Shown: positions 13,102 to 27,182 of the stretch, one piece after another
How the letters are laid out: every line of letters begins with the position of its first letter
Numbering within the stretch: position 1 is the first letter of the stretch
NCBI GenBank assembly: GCA_965202585.1
Contig: OZ241830.1
Span: forward strand, 31,248,001 to 31,312,000
Reading direction: 5' to 3'
DNA from: Thalia democratica
Taxonomy: Eukaryota
DNA: 64,000 nucleotides
Translations under genes and position numbers: made by a program
The notes under the pieces: model-generated
What the model saw: the letters and a program-made list of their open reading frames with translations, nothing else
Databases searched by the model: none
What the model was told of the DNA's origin: nothing

Positions 13102-13415
13102 CCTCGTTTTTTTGAAGTTACTTGCATGTTTTTTTTTTTTTTTTATTACTAGTTAGACAAGTCATAAAACTAAGTTAGTAAATTTATTATTGTGCAAATA
13201 AAGAAACTTACATGAACATAAATAAAAATAAAAATAGCCATAGTTGTTAGGAAAGGGTATTGATATACAAAAGCATAAGATAGGTTTTTTTTAATATTTT
13301 TATATTTTTGTTTTATATATTAATTAAACAAATACGTTTTCCAGAGACTTAAATGAAAAAATAATAAGTTCCATCATTTTATCGAAAAAAAAATCTAATT
13401 AAATAAAAGTTTTGT

Positions 13416-13521
13416 TCGGCGGGCCACGTTTACATGGTCGCGAGCCGCAGGTTTTTCTTTCGCGGGCCACATTCCATTCAACATAAATAAGTGCTCGTGG
13501 GCCGCAGTTTGCCGACCCCTG
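13416..13521. mobile_element. Right-end fragment of a hAT/Charlie-type MITE
   Basis: Ends GTTTGCCGACCCCTG, the reverse complement of the Charlie-type TIR CAGGGGTCGGCAAAC, and is preceded by GGGCCAC/GGGCCGC subterminal motifs. No left TIR or TSD found. Confidence 0.7.
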
Positions 13522-13966
13522 ATATAATGGAACGCTTTTTTTTATAACTGTATTCTTTGAAATAAAGTATTCGTCGTAATGAAGTTTGTTGAACACTTAA
13601 TTAAGGCTTAAAAACGGCTTAAAAAAGCTTTTATTTAAAAATCCTGTAAATATTTTATAACTAAGGCTACTAGTTATTCAATTTTCTAGTTCATATTGCA
13701 CATTATGGAACAAAACAAAAGCTTAGATTACACTGTTGCAAGTTGCAACAAACTGAGTTAAAACATTCGTTCAATTTTTGAACTGTAATCAATGGACAAG
13801 TGATAACTCAATACAAAAATCTGTAGTAGAAACTGTAGAAGTATTTACCTAGTTTTGATTATGTTTTGTATTACAGACTTTATCATTCTTGTAATTAGTT
13901 TGTGAATAAACTCAACAAAGAAAGATATATTTATTTATGATAAAGTCAAGCTGAATTGAATCAACA

Positions 13967-15235
13967 ATGCCTGTGATTAAATGCCCTCTTGAGAGTTGCA
14001 CATATGAAACACCAGACGTCGATGCTTCTGTAGTTGCCTCTTTGCTTATCATTCACAACAATGTACACATTAATACAAATTCTTCAAAACCAAAGCTTCC
14101 AAAGATGGACCGTCCTCGAATAGGGACGGACTGCAATGAAGAGGGTTGAAACATATTTGTACAAAAGTGGACTATTTTTAAAGATAGCATGGAGATGACA
14201 GATGTAGAAAAACGCCGTCAACTGTACCAGTGCTGTGAGGAAGATTTAGGCGATGCTATTCTGAAGGGACATGAAGATGTAGTAAATTTAAGTGGGCAAG
14301 AGTTTTTAAAGATGATCAAGCAGCTTGCAGTTATTCCTGTTTCAGTTGTTGTACGACGATCAGACTTTTTTAGTGCAAGACAGGATTTGACTGAAAACAC
14401 TAGATCATTTGCTGCCCGTTTAAAGGGAAAAGCCAGTACATGCTCGTACACATGTAAATGCCCAAAGGATGGCTGTAATCAAATGATAGATTTTACAGAC
14501 ATAATCCTAAAAGATGTCATGGTAAAAGGTTTAGCCGATGAGGATATCCGTAAAGAGGTGCTAGGATGGGAAAATCTAGATGAGAAAAATGTCAATGAGA
14601 CAACCGGTTTTATTGAAGGAAAAGAGATGGCACGTGATTTAATGTCAAAACCCGCTGTTACAGCATCTGTTTTCTCATACAAATCCTCAAAGAAAACCAC
14701 ACAAAAACCAAGTAGTAAAATAACTTGTGGCATATGTAATAAATTAAGTGATGAATTTGTTTGGAGCAGTAAAGATATGAGGTATATTGAGTGTTCTTCC
14801 TGTAAAAAATGCTGGTTAAAGTCCTGTAAAAGAGTTTATCAAAGTCACCAAAACTATGCTGATGAGTCAAATGCACTTCTAGTTGGTGGATTGTATACAC
14901 CAAATGTATACAAATCCTTAAAGAAAACCACACAAAAATCGAGTGGTAAAACAACTTGTAGCATATGTAATAAATCAACTGATAAATTTGTTTGGAGCAG
15001 TAAAAAAATGAGGTATATTGAGTGTTTTGCCTGTAAACAATGCTGGATAAAGTCCCGTAAAAAAGTTTATCAAAGTCATCAAAATTATGCTGATGAGTCA
15101 AATACACTTCTAGTTAACGAAAAAATAAATACGCTCAAAATATTTGGTCCTATGACCCGGTACACAAAAAAGCCTTTTGGTTATCGAGTCACAAATCTCT
15201 TGGATGCCATTTTAAACGTCTTTTCCAAGACATAA
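13967..15235 (+). pseudogene. Gag-like ORF of a Ty3/gypsy-type LTR retrotransposon with one in-frame TGA; no pol, no LTR seen
   Basis: ORFs 13967-14149 and 14189-15235 are in the same frame, separated by TGA (EEG*NIFVQKW, probably ex-TGG). N-terminal CPLESC...HNNVH Zn motif, capsid-like region (RQDLTENTRSFAARLKGKASTC; DIRKEVL). A 231-bp unit containing CxxC...CxxCxxC is duplicated in tandem (starts 14678 and 14909). Intronless. Confidence 0.75.
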
Positions 15236-16679
15236 GAGTATGAATATTAAGCAAAAGATAATTAATTTCTTGTTTCTATTGAGCTTTTATATACAAAGGT
15301 AAACATATTTGTTTATTTTAACCAAAGCAACAATTATTTCTAGCCATTCAAGTAAGTTTAGTTTACATTTATAGACATATTATTACTTCTATGTTATAAT
15401 TGTTTAAACATTTTTCGAATAATAGTCTTCAATGTATGCAAAAATTATTCAAAAGTGTGAAAACACCATTAAAAAAAAATAAAAACTTATGTTTAAACAA
15501 TTTTATGTTCTTAGATATAAATTTCTTAAATTATGAATAAGTTGTAAATTTGAATAAAAATACAATTTTGTTCAGCATTATTTGAAATTTTTATTTAAAA
15601 ATTCAACAGAACTTTTATATTATAAATGAATCAGATTTTATGTTATGGCATCAAGAAGTCAAGAAATTCTAATTCGACGTTACAAACTCTGACTGTTTCT
15701 AAATTGATGTGCATTATCTGTTTGAATAAAAATAATTAACCAGCAAAGCTTTATCAGTTACACCTTTATCTAAACTACGCTTTACTTTTCATCTGTTTCT
15801 TGAATATAAGAAGTCATGTTAAGGAACTTATATAGTAAAAAATATTATGTATAGGTATTAGAAAAAACTGTAAATCCTACATTATAGATTATAGATTTAA
15901 TACCAGGTTTCCGAAATTTCGTTTTCAAATTTGCAATAACTAAAAACAAACACCCATTGTTTTGAGTACCTTTTTTGTTCATTTTTTTTACTCTCTCTAT
16001 TTATAGTGTTTGAATTTGCGAAATCAGCCATAAAAGAGCGATAATGCACACTTTTGAAAACTCTGGTTTAAAACGAAGTTTGTTAAAAACCCACATTGAA
16101 AAGAGTGTAAGAGTTAAAAACCTGAACTACAACTTGAAAAATTGCAAACATAAATGCAGTTAAGTTAAAACTTATGTTTCTTTTATTTACTTTATACAAG
16201 CTTAATAAAGTTTAGATGTCATGTACATTCTAATAACTTAAATCTTTTTTGTCACTTAACAACAAACACATAGAATTAAACTTAGTTCTAAATTGAGTTT
16301 TATAAGGTTAGATAGAAGATGTTTAAATCATTACAATAAAAGATAGTCTAAAAGCATTTTAGTTAAAATGTATAAATTAATCTTTAGAATTTATCTATTT
16401 TAGCCATTAATTTTTTTTAAAGCTAAATAGTGCATTTTTTTTCACTTTTAAAAAAATTGCAAAATATTTTAGACTTTAATTTCATTTTAGTGCTGCTAGT
16501 GATAATTAATAAACTTTATTTTAAAATAAAGTTTGTACATTTGAAGTTTAAAAAAAAAAAAAAGCAATTTCAGTTTACTTTCAAGATTAATTTAATTTAT
16601 AAAAGAAAGTGTTTTATATATAGTATGATACTTTTTCGAACAAGACATTAAAAAGTATCTGTGGTGTGTGACTCGATAA

Positions 16680-16735
16680 CCGAAAGGTTCTTCGTACACT
16701 AGGCTCTAGGACCAAATATTTTGAGTGTCTTATTG
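16680..16735 (+). mobile_element. Possible degenerate tRNA-derived SINE head
   Basis: TGTGGTGTGTGACTCGATAACCGAAAGGTTC resembles a deleted A-box / anticodon arm / B-box region. No intact cloverleaf. Confidence 0.25.
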
Positions 16736-17752
16736 GTGGTTAAATAAACTATACAACACGTGTGTGCAGTACAGAAGAAACTTTACTTATGTAATTTTCC
16801 TTTAACTTTTGAATACCTTTTCTAAACCCCATTTACACTTGATAGCTACTTTACTCCGCTTTACTAGCTTTCCCTTTGAATAGATAAATTTAAAACTTTT
16901 ATAATGATAACATAAGCAGTTTGAGTTTAAAAATAAAAGAAGACATTTGAAATTATTGTTGTTTTAAGATCTCAATTAAAGTTATTTTCAAAAAGTTTAA
17001 TGAAATTTGTCCTTTCATAATTATTCAATAATTAAAAATAGTTATTTGTAGTAACTACTTTACAGCTAAGAAGTTTAGTATCAACTTAAAAACAAAAGTA
17101 CTTAATCCATGTTCTCATGTTCAAAAACTTGTTTTATTTATATATTAAATAGGTTGCTCATCTTAAAATTTTTCTTGTGAACGAATAGTAAAACGGGTTT
17201 ATAAAAGTAGTTTGTTTGTTAATTTAAAAAACAGATCGCAAGTGATCGATTTATGTTTTGAAAAGAAAGTTTTAGCTTTATAATAAAGTTTTTTTTAGAA
17301 TTTATGCATTTACAACAATTTAAATTAAGTTTTTAACGTTAAATAACATTTGATAAAGTGTAGAATTCCAAAATAATTGTTTTATGCACCTATTGCAATT
17401 ACCCATATTTAAAAAAAAACTACACAAGATCTTATACAACAATAAATCAATTAATTTATATTTTTTGTATTATATTTTTGTTATGAATAACAAATAAAAA
17501 GCTCCTAAGATACCATGAATGCTTTCATAAATTAAGTGTAAAATAACCGATTGCTAAATAATTGAAACACTATTAATAAGTAAACTAAACATTATTTAGT
17601 GCGAACTTTTATTGATAATTTTTGCTTTTCAGTTTAGTTTATTTTCAAAAATTTATATATTTTGTTTGTTGAACAATAAAAAAAGGGCGTTCAAAAAGTT
17701 TAGTCTAAAGACTTGGTTTACAAAAACATTTCGGTTATCAAATCGAACAATG

Positions 17753-17830
17753 CAGTGGTCTTCAAAAAGTACACCAGTGAACACTAGTGTACACGAAATT
17801 TATTTTAGGGTGCACGAAATGTTTTTTGGC
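17753..17830 (+). mobile_element. Possible degenerate hAT MITE left end
   Basis: CAGTGGTCTTCAAA followed by GTACAC/GTGCACGAAA subterminal repeats. Partner TIR and TSD not convincing. Confidence 0.3.
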
Positions 17831-20800
17831 GTACATGTATCGTAAATAGAAAAACTATCTTAAATTTTAAACTGACACTAAATTCTCTAGAGTTGATGAT
17901 GAAGATCAAAAAAGGTCTTAGGCAATTTTTATGGTCGATTTTTGAGAAACCTATAAAAAACCCTTTACTAGATGTTAAAGGGTATTTGAAACTTATACTA
18001 GATATTCCCACATTAAGGTACACAGAATTTTTATTTCGTAGCTTAGAGTGCACAGATATAGTTAGCTTTAATGGCACTGATAAAATGTACAAAAGTAGCA
18101 TATTGGAGCTGTTTAAACCCACACATTTATTTTTTGAATTATGATATGTTTTAAATTACTACAGTATCTAATTAAAAAAAAAACTTGAACCTAACCAAAA
18201 TACAGATAACTCAAAAAAACAAACAACAAATAGTTTATTTCTGCAATTATATGTTTTGTTAGTAATTTTAATGGTCTGAATCCAAAACGAGTTTTCATTC
18301 AAACAATTTTGTTTTATTTTTTGAGAAATTTAAATGCTAAACTATTTTCATAGATACACTAAAATTATTAGTATTATATGACATTAACAAAAATGTCTTA
18401 AACGTTTTATATATTAATTTTTTATAAAAATCCGTTTTTTTATTTAATATTCTGAGCTAGTGACGTATTTTTTGATAATATTAGTTTACTTAACTATGTT
18501 GTTAATGATGTTTATTTACATTAAGTTTCAATCATTGTTATTTGTTATAAAAATTATCTTGACTAATTGATTTATAAATTCAAATCTCTAGTAACAAAAA
18601 GTTGTTAGAGTTTTTTATTTTTTTAACATTTGAAACAAATCGTTTCATGTAAATATTAGAATGAAGGATATTATAATTGTTAATTAAATATATAACTTGT
18701 AGTATTGTTAACGTACTACACTATGTATCTTTAAGTTTTAAAATAAAAAATATTGCCACTAGATGAATAACAGTTACATATGATGTATATAAAGGATTGA
18801 AATCATTAAGTTTTGATTTGTTTCGTTGACGAAACTATAAACAAAGTATAGATTTAATCAAATTAAATAATTCAAATTAATTGACCATATACTTAAAGTG
18901 TAAATACTTTTTTTTCAAATTTTGACTAAATAAACATAATAGTATTTTAAGCGCAAAATCTTAAAGCCATTTGTACAACCACATATATATCAAAGTGCTT
19001 TTACAATTAAGTTTAAGTAGTAAAGTTGATTTAGTTTTTAAATTCTTTATACATAGTCTTAGTGCTGTAAACATACTCTTAATGTTATAACTTTGAAGCA
19101 ACATTATTTTGAACAAGTTTTGTTTTTTGTTTTTAAACTTTTTCAAAACTGTGTATTAAAAAATAAAACAACTAAAGCAGTTTATGATTTTGATAGGCGT
19201 TATAAGATGTATGTTGTCTAAAAAAGGCATACTTAGTAGAACATTTTAATAATATAAGAAGTTTTTTTTTCTCATAGATAAAATAAATAAGTTCAACATG
19301 CTATGAACTTAAAAGTTCACTTCGAAACGAAAGCATGTTTGCTTTATATAATATATGCGATGTCGAAAAATGTAATAAGACTCACAGAGAATTTTCAACT
19401 TTTTATTTAAATATCTCATATTTCTTTACTTGTGTACAAAAAACTTTATCACTAAATAAATTTTTGTTTAATTGATAAACAGTATATAAAAATGTGTCTA
19501 ATTGTTTAAACTAACAAAAACTTCAATTTTAAAATTCTTCGAGTATTATGAACCTATATAAACTTTTAACAACGATTTTACTGTAAAGAAGTTTTCTTTT
19601 ATATAAAATAGTTTTTGCTTCATCTTTATTTAATATAATGTTTAGAATATTTTTTTTCAGTTTTCACCTTTTCAAATTATTTTAAATATTATTTACATAT
19701 AAACAAAATTTTCTTGTATAAATATTCTTTTAACACTTTGTTTCTTACAATAATATATCGAATGAAAATATTATTTATCATCATATTTGTCTCAATATTC
19801 TATTTTAGTATACTTTTTTTATTGAAAAATTAATTTTTAAAAAAGTTTCATATAAAACAACTAATTATCAAATATACACGAGCTAAAATTTAATTTATTT
19901 TGAAACTAAATTGTGAAGTTAACTTGCAGTGATTTCCGGTTTTATGCAAGATAAAATAAGCAGCTGCCTTTTTTTTTAAGTTTATTCTTTAAGTAAAACA
20001 AAAACTTTCTAGAAATGTATATTTGTATTTTTCTACAAGCCTATTTTTATTTTAAAAACTAGTTTTATAAAACATCAGTACAAACTTTAAAATATTCACA
20101 TAACGAAATATTTCAAAGTTTTCAAAACGTGTTGTTATGAACTGTTTTTAATAATTTTGTCTAGAAAAGCAAATATGTAAAAGTTATACAAATAAAACAA
20201 ATTAAAAAATCAAATGTCAATAAAAATGTACAGTTTTATCGTTAGATAATATATTTTTTTTTAACTTTCTTGCTAGAAAAATTTTAGGACCCCAGTAGCC
20301 AAAGATGAGTTTTATATTATCTTTAACTTGATGAAATTCACAAATAAAATATAGCTTAAACCTGAAACGTATTGTTCTCGTGTGAATTAAATATTACTTT
20401 AAATCTTTACTAGCTTACTTGTTTAAAAACTAATTTGGTATCTAAGAAATTAATACTTGATAAAAATGATTTGCTTCCTTAAACAATGTTCTAGTATTTT
20501 AATTATTCTTGATAATGTTTTATTTTTTTAAATTTTACTAGCCATTTTATACACAGATACACAAAATATTTATTGTGCTATTCTCGTTGGTATATGTTGC
20601 TTTTGATAAATTATATACTCTTAGATAGCATAAATTATCTTTAAAATTTCGATACCTTGAAACTAAACGTATTTGTTTGTACAATATAAACAAGCAATAG
20701 TTAATCAAAATGGAAAATGTTTAAGTGTTATAACTTTAGTTTTAATTCATCAAATATAGTACTGAAGTTCTTTAACAGCGAAAATAAACTTTTTATTAAA

Positions 20801-23800
20801 CTTTAAGACGACTTTGTTATAGTAGTTTGACATGTTAAAGTTTTTAGTACTGAAGCTTATTTTTGGTTTTATTCAAATAAACAGTTAAATCAAGATGAAA
20901 TGAAACTTTTGTAAATGTTTTTGTTATAGTATTGCATGAAAAGAAAGTTTAATTTGTAGTATGTTATGATTTTTTTTGAATATTAAAAGATAGATGTATG
21001 TAAGCTTATTAGTACAAAAACAGTTTGTTTATTGTTTTTTTCAATACTCTACAGAAGATGTTTTTCTCGGAGAAAATTTTTCTCAATTGTTTTGTATTTA
21101 ATTATTGTTTAGTAAAAAAAAAGATAATAATTTGTGTAACAATTTAAATCAAACAAGTGAAACAAAACTTTAAAATGCTGTTAAAAACATTTGCAGCAGA
21201 TATTAACTTTCAATCTCATGCACTTTTTTACTAAAAACTTAAAAAAACACTTACTTATAAAAAAGTTAATTTATTTTAGTTGTAAATTACAAAATGTACA
21301 CTCGAGATTTAATTATTAATAAGTACTCTGTATTTAAGTTTAAAATTGTACGCGTTATAAAACATTTAATGATTTTTAAGTATATGAAAAGAATTAAAAT
21401 GCTTAAAACCACTTATCTCTGTATAAAATTCATTATTAAATTTTTACTACAAACAAATTAATTTTTAATAATGACAGTCCGAAAAACAATGTAAATTTAT
21501 AATTGTGTTAATCTAAAGTCTTTGATTGTTTAGTATTTAAAAATTAGAAAATAAAATATATTAATTTTATACAAGTAGTGGCCTTTTTTAATTAAACTTG
21601 GTGCTAAATTGTGGATTTTCTTCACTTTATCAAATACAGTTCATTTAGTGGTGTATTTTACACGGTATAATTTTTTTTTTTAATATTACCAGTTTTACCA
21701 TTTTGAAAAACAAAACTATATCAAATTTTATTTAAATGTTTACTTGATGTTTTAGAATAAATATTATACTTAGTAAATATACGTCATTATCACAACCATA
21801 AAATTAACAAAATGCATCAGCTTTTTTTGTGTTAATTATTTTAATGTAAAAACAACTTATTATTAATTTAAGAAACCCACATTATTTATAGATTATAAAT
21901 TTCCTTTAAGTCATATCATTTTTATGTCATGCCAATCATTAAAATAGTTTGTTAGTTTAACTTTACTACAATTACTTATATAACAAACACATATGAAACA
22001 TACAAAACTGAGCTGTACTAAAAATTTTCGTTTTATAGTTTTCTTGCAGATCTTTTATGTTTATTATGCACTTTGCTTCTAGATTTGGGAATAAACTAGA
22101 ATATAAACTAGTACTAGACTGTAAAAAGTTATACAAACTAAATGTTTTTAATGATTTTCTTTTGCACGTAATTTCCGATATAGTTGAGTAAATATCTTTT
22201 TCTATGCAATTTATAAATCTAAAGTAAACGTTATGACATCACAATCACATGACTTCCGTATACGTTACAGCTTGAAATTAAATGCAATTAATTTGCTGTA
22301 TTTGTATGGACTTTGTTACACAAAGGTCAAGCGAACTTTTAAGCTATTAATTGTTTTACATTTAGTCATATTAAAAAATATAAAAACTCTTTTTTTTTTT
22401 ATCATAGTAATAAAAGTTTACTAAAAAAAGATACTGATTTAAATAGTAAAATAAAACTAAAAGGTTTATCTCAAATCTTATTTATTTTAATAACTCTAAT
22501 TATTCAAAACAATAAGTTTAACAGTGTTAATATACATTAAGATAATTTTGTTTTTTAATTTTTTGATTAAAGAACATGATTTGTCTGGTACCATAAGTTT
22601 TTTTTTCGGTTAATAACAACCGTTTTTTGTCAACTAAAAAAACTAGTTCAACAGCAATTAAAACTGTTTAAACTTCGACGTTTCATAAAAAAAGGCTGAT
22701 AGAAGTACAAAAGCAAAGATAAATAGAACACTATTCTTTCTTTTCATAAAGAAAATGTTATTTTTAATTTAGTTTCTTAAAACGTAAGTCACACCACTTA
22801 AAAAGATTTCAATTTATTTGCTTTATTTTTAGTTTTAACCATAACTTTTGATTAATAAGTTACATTTTTTGGTTTTACTGAATTGTTTTGTTTTTTCGAC
22901 AAACATAAGTTTATCTTTTTGTTATAAAATTTTTAAATAGTCACTTATTTTTAATGTTCTGTGATTTAAATATAATACAATTTTTACTTTCGTTTTTAAG
23001 TAAGTAATATTTTGCTTTTTTTAAAACTTACTAACATTTGTTACACATTTAGCTAGGGTTAAGTTGAATATTAACGAAAAGGGCCGATTGTGAAATTTCA
23101 CAATAGCACAACTAAAATGAAAAATATTAAAGTAAAATAAATAATTTAGTTGGTAGTTAGTTAAAAAGAAAAAAATGAGAAAAAGAATTATTTTTTTACA
23201 TAATTAACTGTTCAAAAATCATACTATTTTGTTTATTGTTACAATAACTCCTTTAGTATTAAAGTGTTTCTAAAAGTTTAATGAAATGTTGGGCACTTTA
23301 ATAAAAAAAGAAAAAATCTTTGTTATTTTCATTGCATTTGGACCATGAGCTGCAGCATTTATTTTGAAGCAAACTTGCTTTATTAGTTTTAAACTAAACA
23401 TTCAAGTTTAAAACAATTAAATGTAATTTTTCAACATTTACTTCAATAAATAGACAATTTTTTTGTTGTTAAAATTTTCCGCTGATACGATTTGTTTTGT
23501 TGAAGTAGGAACAATTTAGTAAAATATAACTCAATGAAAAATTGCTTCAAATGTTTCATGCTTAAATTTTATAAAACTAGAGTGTAAAAAACAACTATTT
23601 ATTAATAACAATATTTCTCTAAACTTCACAATTTAAAGAGCTAACTAAACAACATTGACATAGCCAATTAATCAGAAATGTGAAGTAATTTTTAAATGAT
23701 TTCGAACTTCATACAAGACTTTAAAATTTAAAGTTATAACACATTTAAACTTATTTAATCAAATGTTTGAGCCTAATGATATAAGTTAAATAAACTACTT

Positions 23801-24426
23801 TAGGAAAAAACTCATTAATTTTAAAGATAAATACTTAAAGGTCATAGTAACTTTTCAGCATTTAACGATTTTTATAAATAATAGTACCAAGAAAAACATA
23901 AGTATGAACATTGAATGAACTAAAAAATAAGTATCTACTAAGCCAATACAATGGACCCAGGCATCAAAAACCAGGCCACTTAACCTGAAAGACGCATAAC
24001 GAAGAGATGGAAAATATAAATAACACCTAAAGTTCATTTTGTTTAAAATAAAAAAATAATTTAATTTTATTTGAAATTTCTATGAAAACATAAAAAGCAA
24101 AGTGTTTAACAAATAAACTTATACTTATTTACGCTTTGATGTAGAAGAATTAAATCATTGTATTTTATTTTTTTTTAAAGAAGTTTAATCTATAGCATTT
24201 TCAATGACCTGATATATCCAACATTAGTAAAATAAACTACTTAGTTTGCTTTTTTTATGTCAATTATTTAGGTTCTCACGAATAGTTACTTCTCGCAAAT
24301 TAAAAAACAACATACTGGGACGCTCAAGTAGATCATTTAAGTTTTGTGTATATTTATTTTTCTTTTATGTGTGTATTTTTATTTCCCTATTCATCGCTCT
24401 GTATACTTTTGTTTTCCGCTTTTTTT

Positions 24427-24466
24427 ATCGTCTGATGAACTTCTCTGCAGGGAAACGGCGTAACGC
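24427..24466 (+). ncRNA. Minimal type I hammerhead ribozyme motif, left pLTR copy (stems I and II partly disrupted)
   Basis: TCGT-CTGATGA-ACTTCTCTGCAGG-GAAA-CGGC-GTA-ACGC. The core is intact but stems I and II have mismatches relative to the right copy. Confidence 0.7.
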
Positions 24467-27143
24467 AATAAAAGTTTAACAATAAATTTGTATAATTCAT
24501 AACTCTCACAAAGGATTGATAACTCTGTCTGGTTCTGCCTTTCAGCAAAAAAGCATTTGCTCACTACTGGTTGTAGCACTCTCAAACCGCAGCATGACGC
24601 ACAGCAGCGATGAATTAATTTTAATAGATTTTAAGCACTCCCTAAAAACCATCCCAATCACCAATAAGACTCTGTTCATGACCAAAATGTATCACCAAAC
24701 GGCAAAGTTCATCAACAGGATGCGATGGAAAGTTTTCTTTCTCGACAGAGACGAAGCAACCTAACCTCTGATGAATTTTCCAATATTTACAACAGTCGAA
24801 GATCAGCACCTGAATCATACAAACTCAAATCCTTTGAAAACGACCAATACGAAATCATCAGAAACCTCAAGCTCTCAAAATTTAGATTAAAGTACCAAAA
24901 GACTCTAAATAAAGACATAAAAAATCTACTGAATAAGAAAATGGTTATAGTCTTTTCAGATAAAACATCAAACTTGTACTATATGAATGCAAATAAATAC
25001 AAGAAACTAATAAAAAATAGCATAACGAGCGAATATTCAATTGACAACGAAAATACTATTAATGCCATTAACAACGAGGCAGCACATATCCTAAGTAAAC
25101 AAATGAGTTTGAAGAACAAAAAAGTTCCAAAATATGAGATCAATGAAGCATTCCTTTCTATCAAAGACCATAAAACGAACTTTCCACACGATATCAACTG
25201 TAGAATAATTTGTTCATCTAAAACACATTAGGTAAACTGTCAAGAACCATTCTACAGAAACACATCACAACCATAAGAAAAAAATCCATGCTTAGCCAAT
25301 GGAAAAACTCTGGCGAAGTGATAGATTGGTTCGAAAAAATCAACAACAAAAACCACAAAGGCTTCGTGAACTTTGACATAAAGAACTTTTACCCAACCAT
25401 CAAAAGAAAACACCTAATTGATGCAATTAACTTTTCCAACTCTTATTCAAGGTTCACAGAATTTGAGGTAGAGGCAATTATGCACACATGCAAATCAGTA
25501 ATGTTTTACGATAATAATATGTTGTAAAAAACCGACACCAATGACAACTTCGATGTACCTATGGGCTCATTTCACGGCGCCGAAGTATGTGATCTTGTAG
25601 GTTTATACCTATTACACCATTTGTCTACGATTATAAAGACTGACAATTGGACTCTACAGAGATGATGGACTTGCCTACAGAGATCAATCAAACAAATAAG
25701 AGTAATATTTGCAAAATAAAAAACAAAATATTAAGAAAACTAGCAGACATAGGATTCGATATTACAATTAGCGCAGGTGAAACCTCCACCAACTTCTTGG
25801 ACATACGTTTAAACCTCCTAACTGATGACTATTGCCCATATGTAAAGCCAAACGCAAAGACCATTTATATTGACAAAGATTCTAACCATCCTAGAACAAT
25901 TAAGAAAAATATCCCAAAAATGATTGAAAATAGAATTTCAAAACTAACAAAAAGCAAAGTATCATTTGATAACGCGAAACAAATCTACCAAAACGCTTTA
26001 AGCAAAAGCAACATCCATCATAAGCTCGAATATAGTCCAACAATTGATAGCAACAAAGCAAAAAACAGAAAAAGAAAATGTATTTTTTACAACCCAACTT
26101 TCTGCGAATCAGTGAAAACCAAATTCAGAAACCTCTTTTTAAAACTGCTTGACAAGTACTTCCCAGAATCAACAGAACTACACAAAATCTTCAATAGAAT
26201 TTCCACCAAGATATCATACTAGTGTTCCCCAAACATAAAATCATTAATTAGTGGACATAATAAGAAACTCACAGAAAAACCACCGATAGAACCGAAGCTA
26301 TGCAACTGCAAAAACAGAGTGCAATGTCCAGTAATGAATAAATGTAAATTAGAAAATGTAATCTACGAAGCAATTGTCTCATCTGAGAAAAATGAGAGAA
26401 TATCATGTATTGAATCCACGCGAAGAGCATTCAAAATAAGATTGTACGAGCATAGAGTATCATTTCCAAAACCCAACAAGAAGAAACCCGCCAACTGTAC
26501 ACAACTCGCCAACTGTACACAACTCGCCAACTACATGTGCAAATTATATGAAAAAGGCGAAAAATTCACTATTGAATGTAAAATTTTCAGACAGACAAAA
26601 AGCAGAATTCATGTGCTCACTATGTAACCTTGAAAGACTGTTTATAGCAAACGCTAACCAAAATCCTTAATAAGAGAAATGACCTAGTCACGCAATGCCC
26701 TCATTACCCTAAGGAATACTTTCAGTTTATTTTTTATCGCATTAACTTAGTTTATTTTATTCTTTTTAATTTGATTGTTACATTGTATTTATGTTTGTAT
26801 TGTGTAAAGATTTTATTTTAAAGTTACAACCTTCCCGTAAAAAGATCATTTCTGTTTCTAAAAATTCCCTATAAATCTTAGTATTTACATTTTTTCCAAA
26901 GCTTAATTTATTAAATGCTTAATAAATAGATTATCAAAATATGTAAAATCTATAGTTAACAAATTATTTAAACTAAACTTACCTATATTTCGTTTTAAAC
27001 TAACTTAACTTTAAAATTTAACTTTTGTAAACTACATATTAATTAAAACTTATATTTTAAATGTTAATTTTATTTTTCTATTATGTGTGTATTTTTATTT
27101 CCCAATTCATCGCTCTGTATACTTTCGTTTTCAGCTATTTTTA

Positions 27144-27182
27144 GCGTCTGATGAACTGCTCCGCAGGGAAACGGCGTAACGC
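27144..27182 (+). ncRNA. Minimal type I hammerhead ribozyme motif, right pLTR copy
   Basis: Stem I GCGT(27144-47)/ACGC(27179-82); core CTGATGA 27148-54; stem II CTGC-TCC-GCAG; GAAA 27168-71; 2-bp stem III AC/GT with GGC loop; cleavage triplet GTA 27176-78. Hammerheads in Penelope pLTRs are established. Confidence 0.85.

Noticed and set aside
9662-13521. Possible 3.9-kb hAT element from GAGTCGGCAAACT (about 9665) to the right TIR at 13521
   Set aside because: The left match is partial and the flanking 8-mers do not form a TSD.
16680-16735. tRNA gene
   Set aside because: No complete cloverleaf or intact B-box; at most a SINE relic.
15300-24300. Short ORFs (60-105 aa) in the AT-rich desert
   Set aside because: Phe/Leu/Lys/Ile-rich translations typical of random AT-rich DNA, with no splice-consistent chains.
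26295-26720. Selenoprotein-type Naiad endonuclease (TGA at conserved Cys)
   Set aside because: The conserved Cys codons of the CNC...CP...C knuckle are TGC/TGT, and the stops present look like decay.
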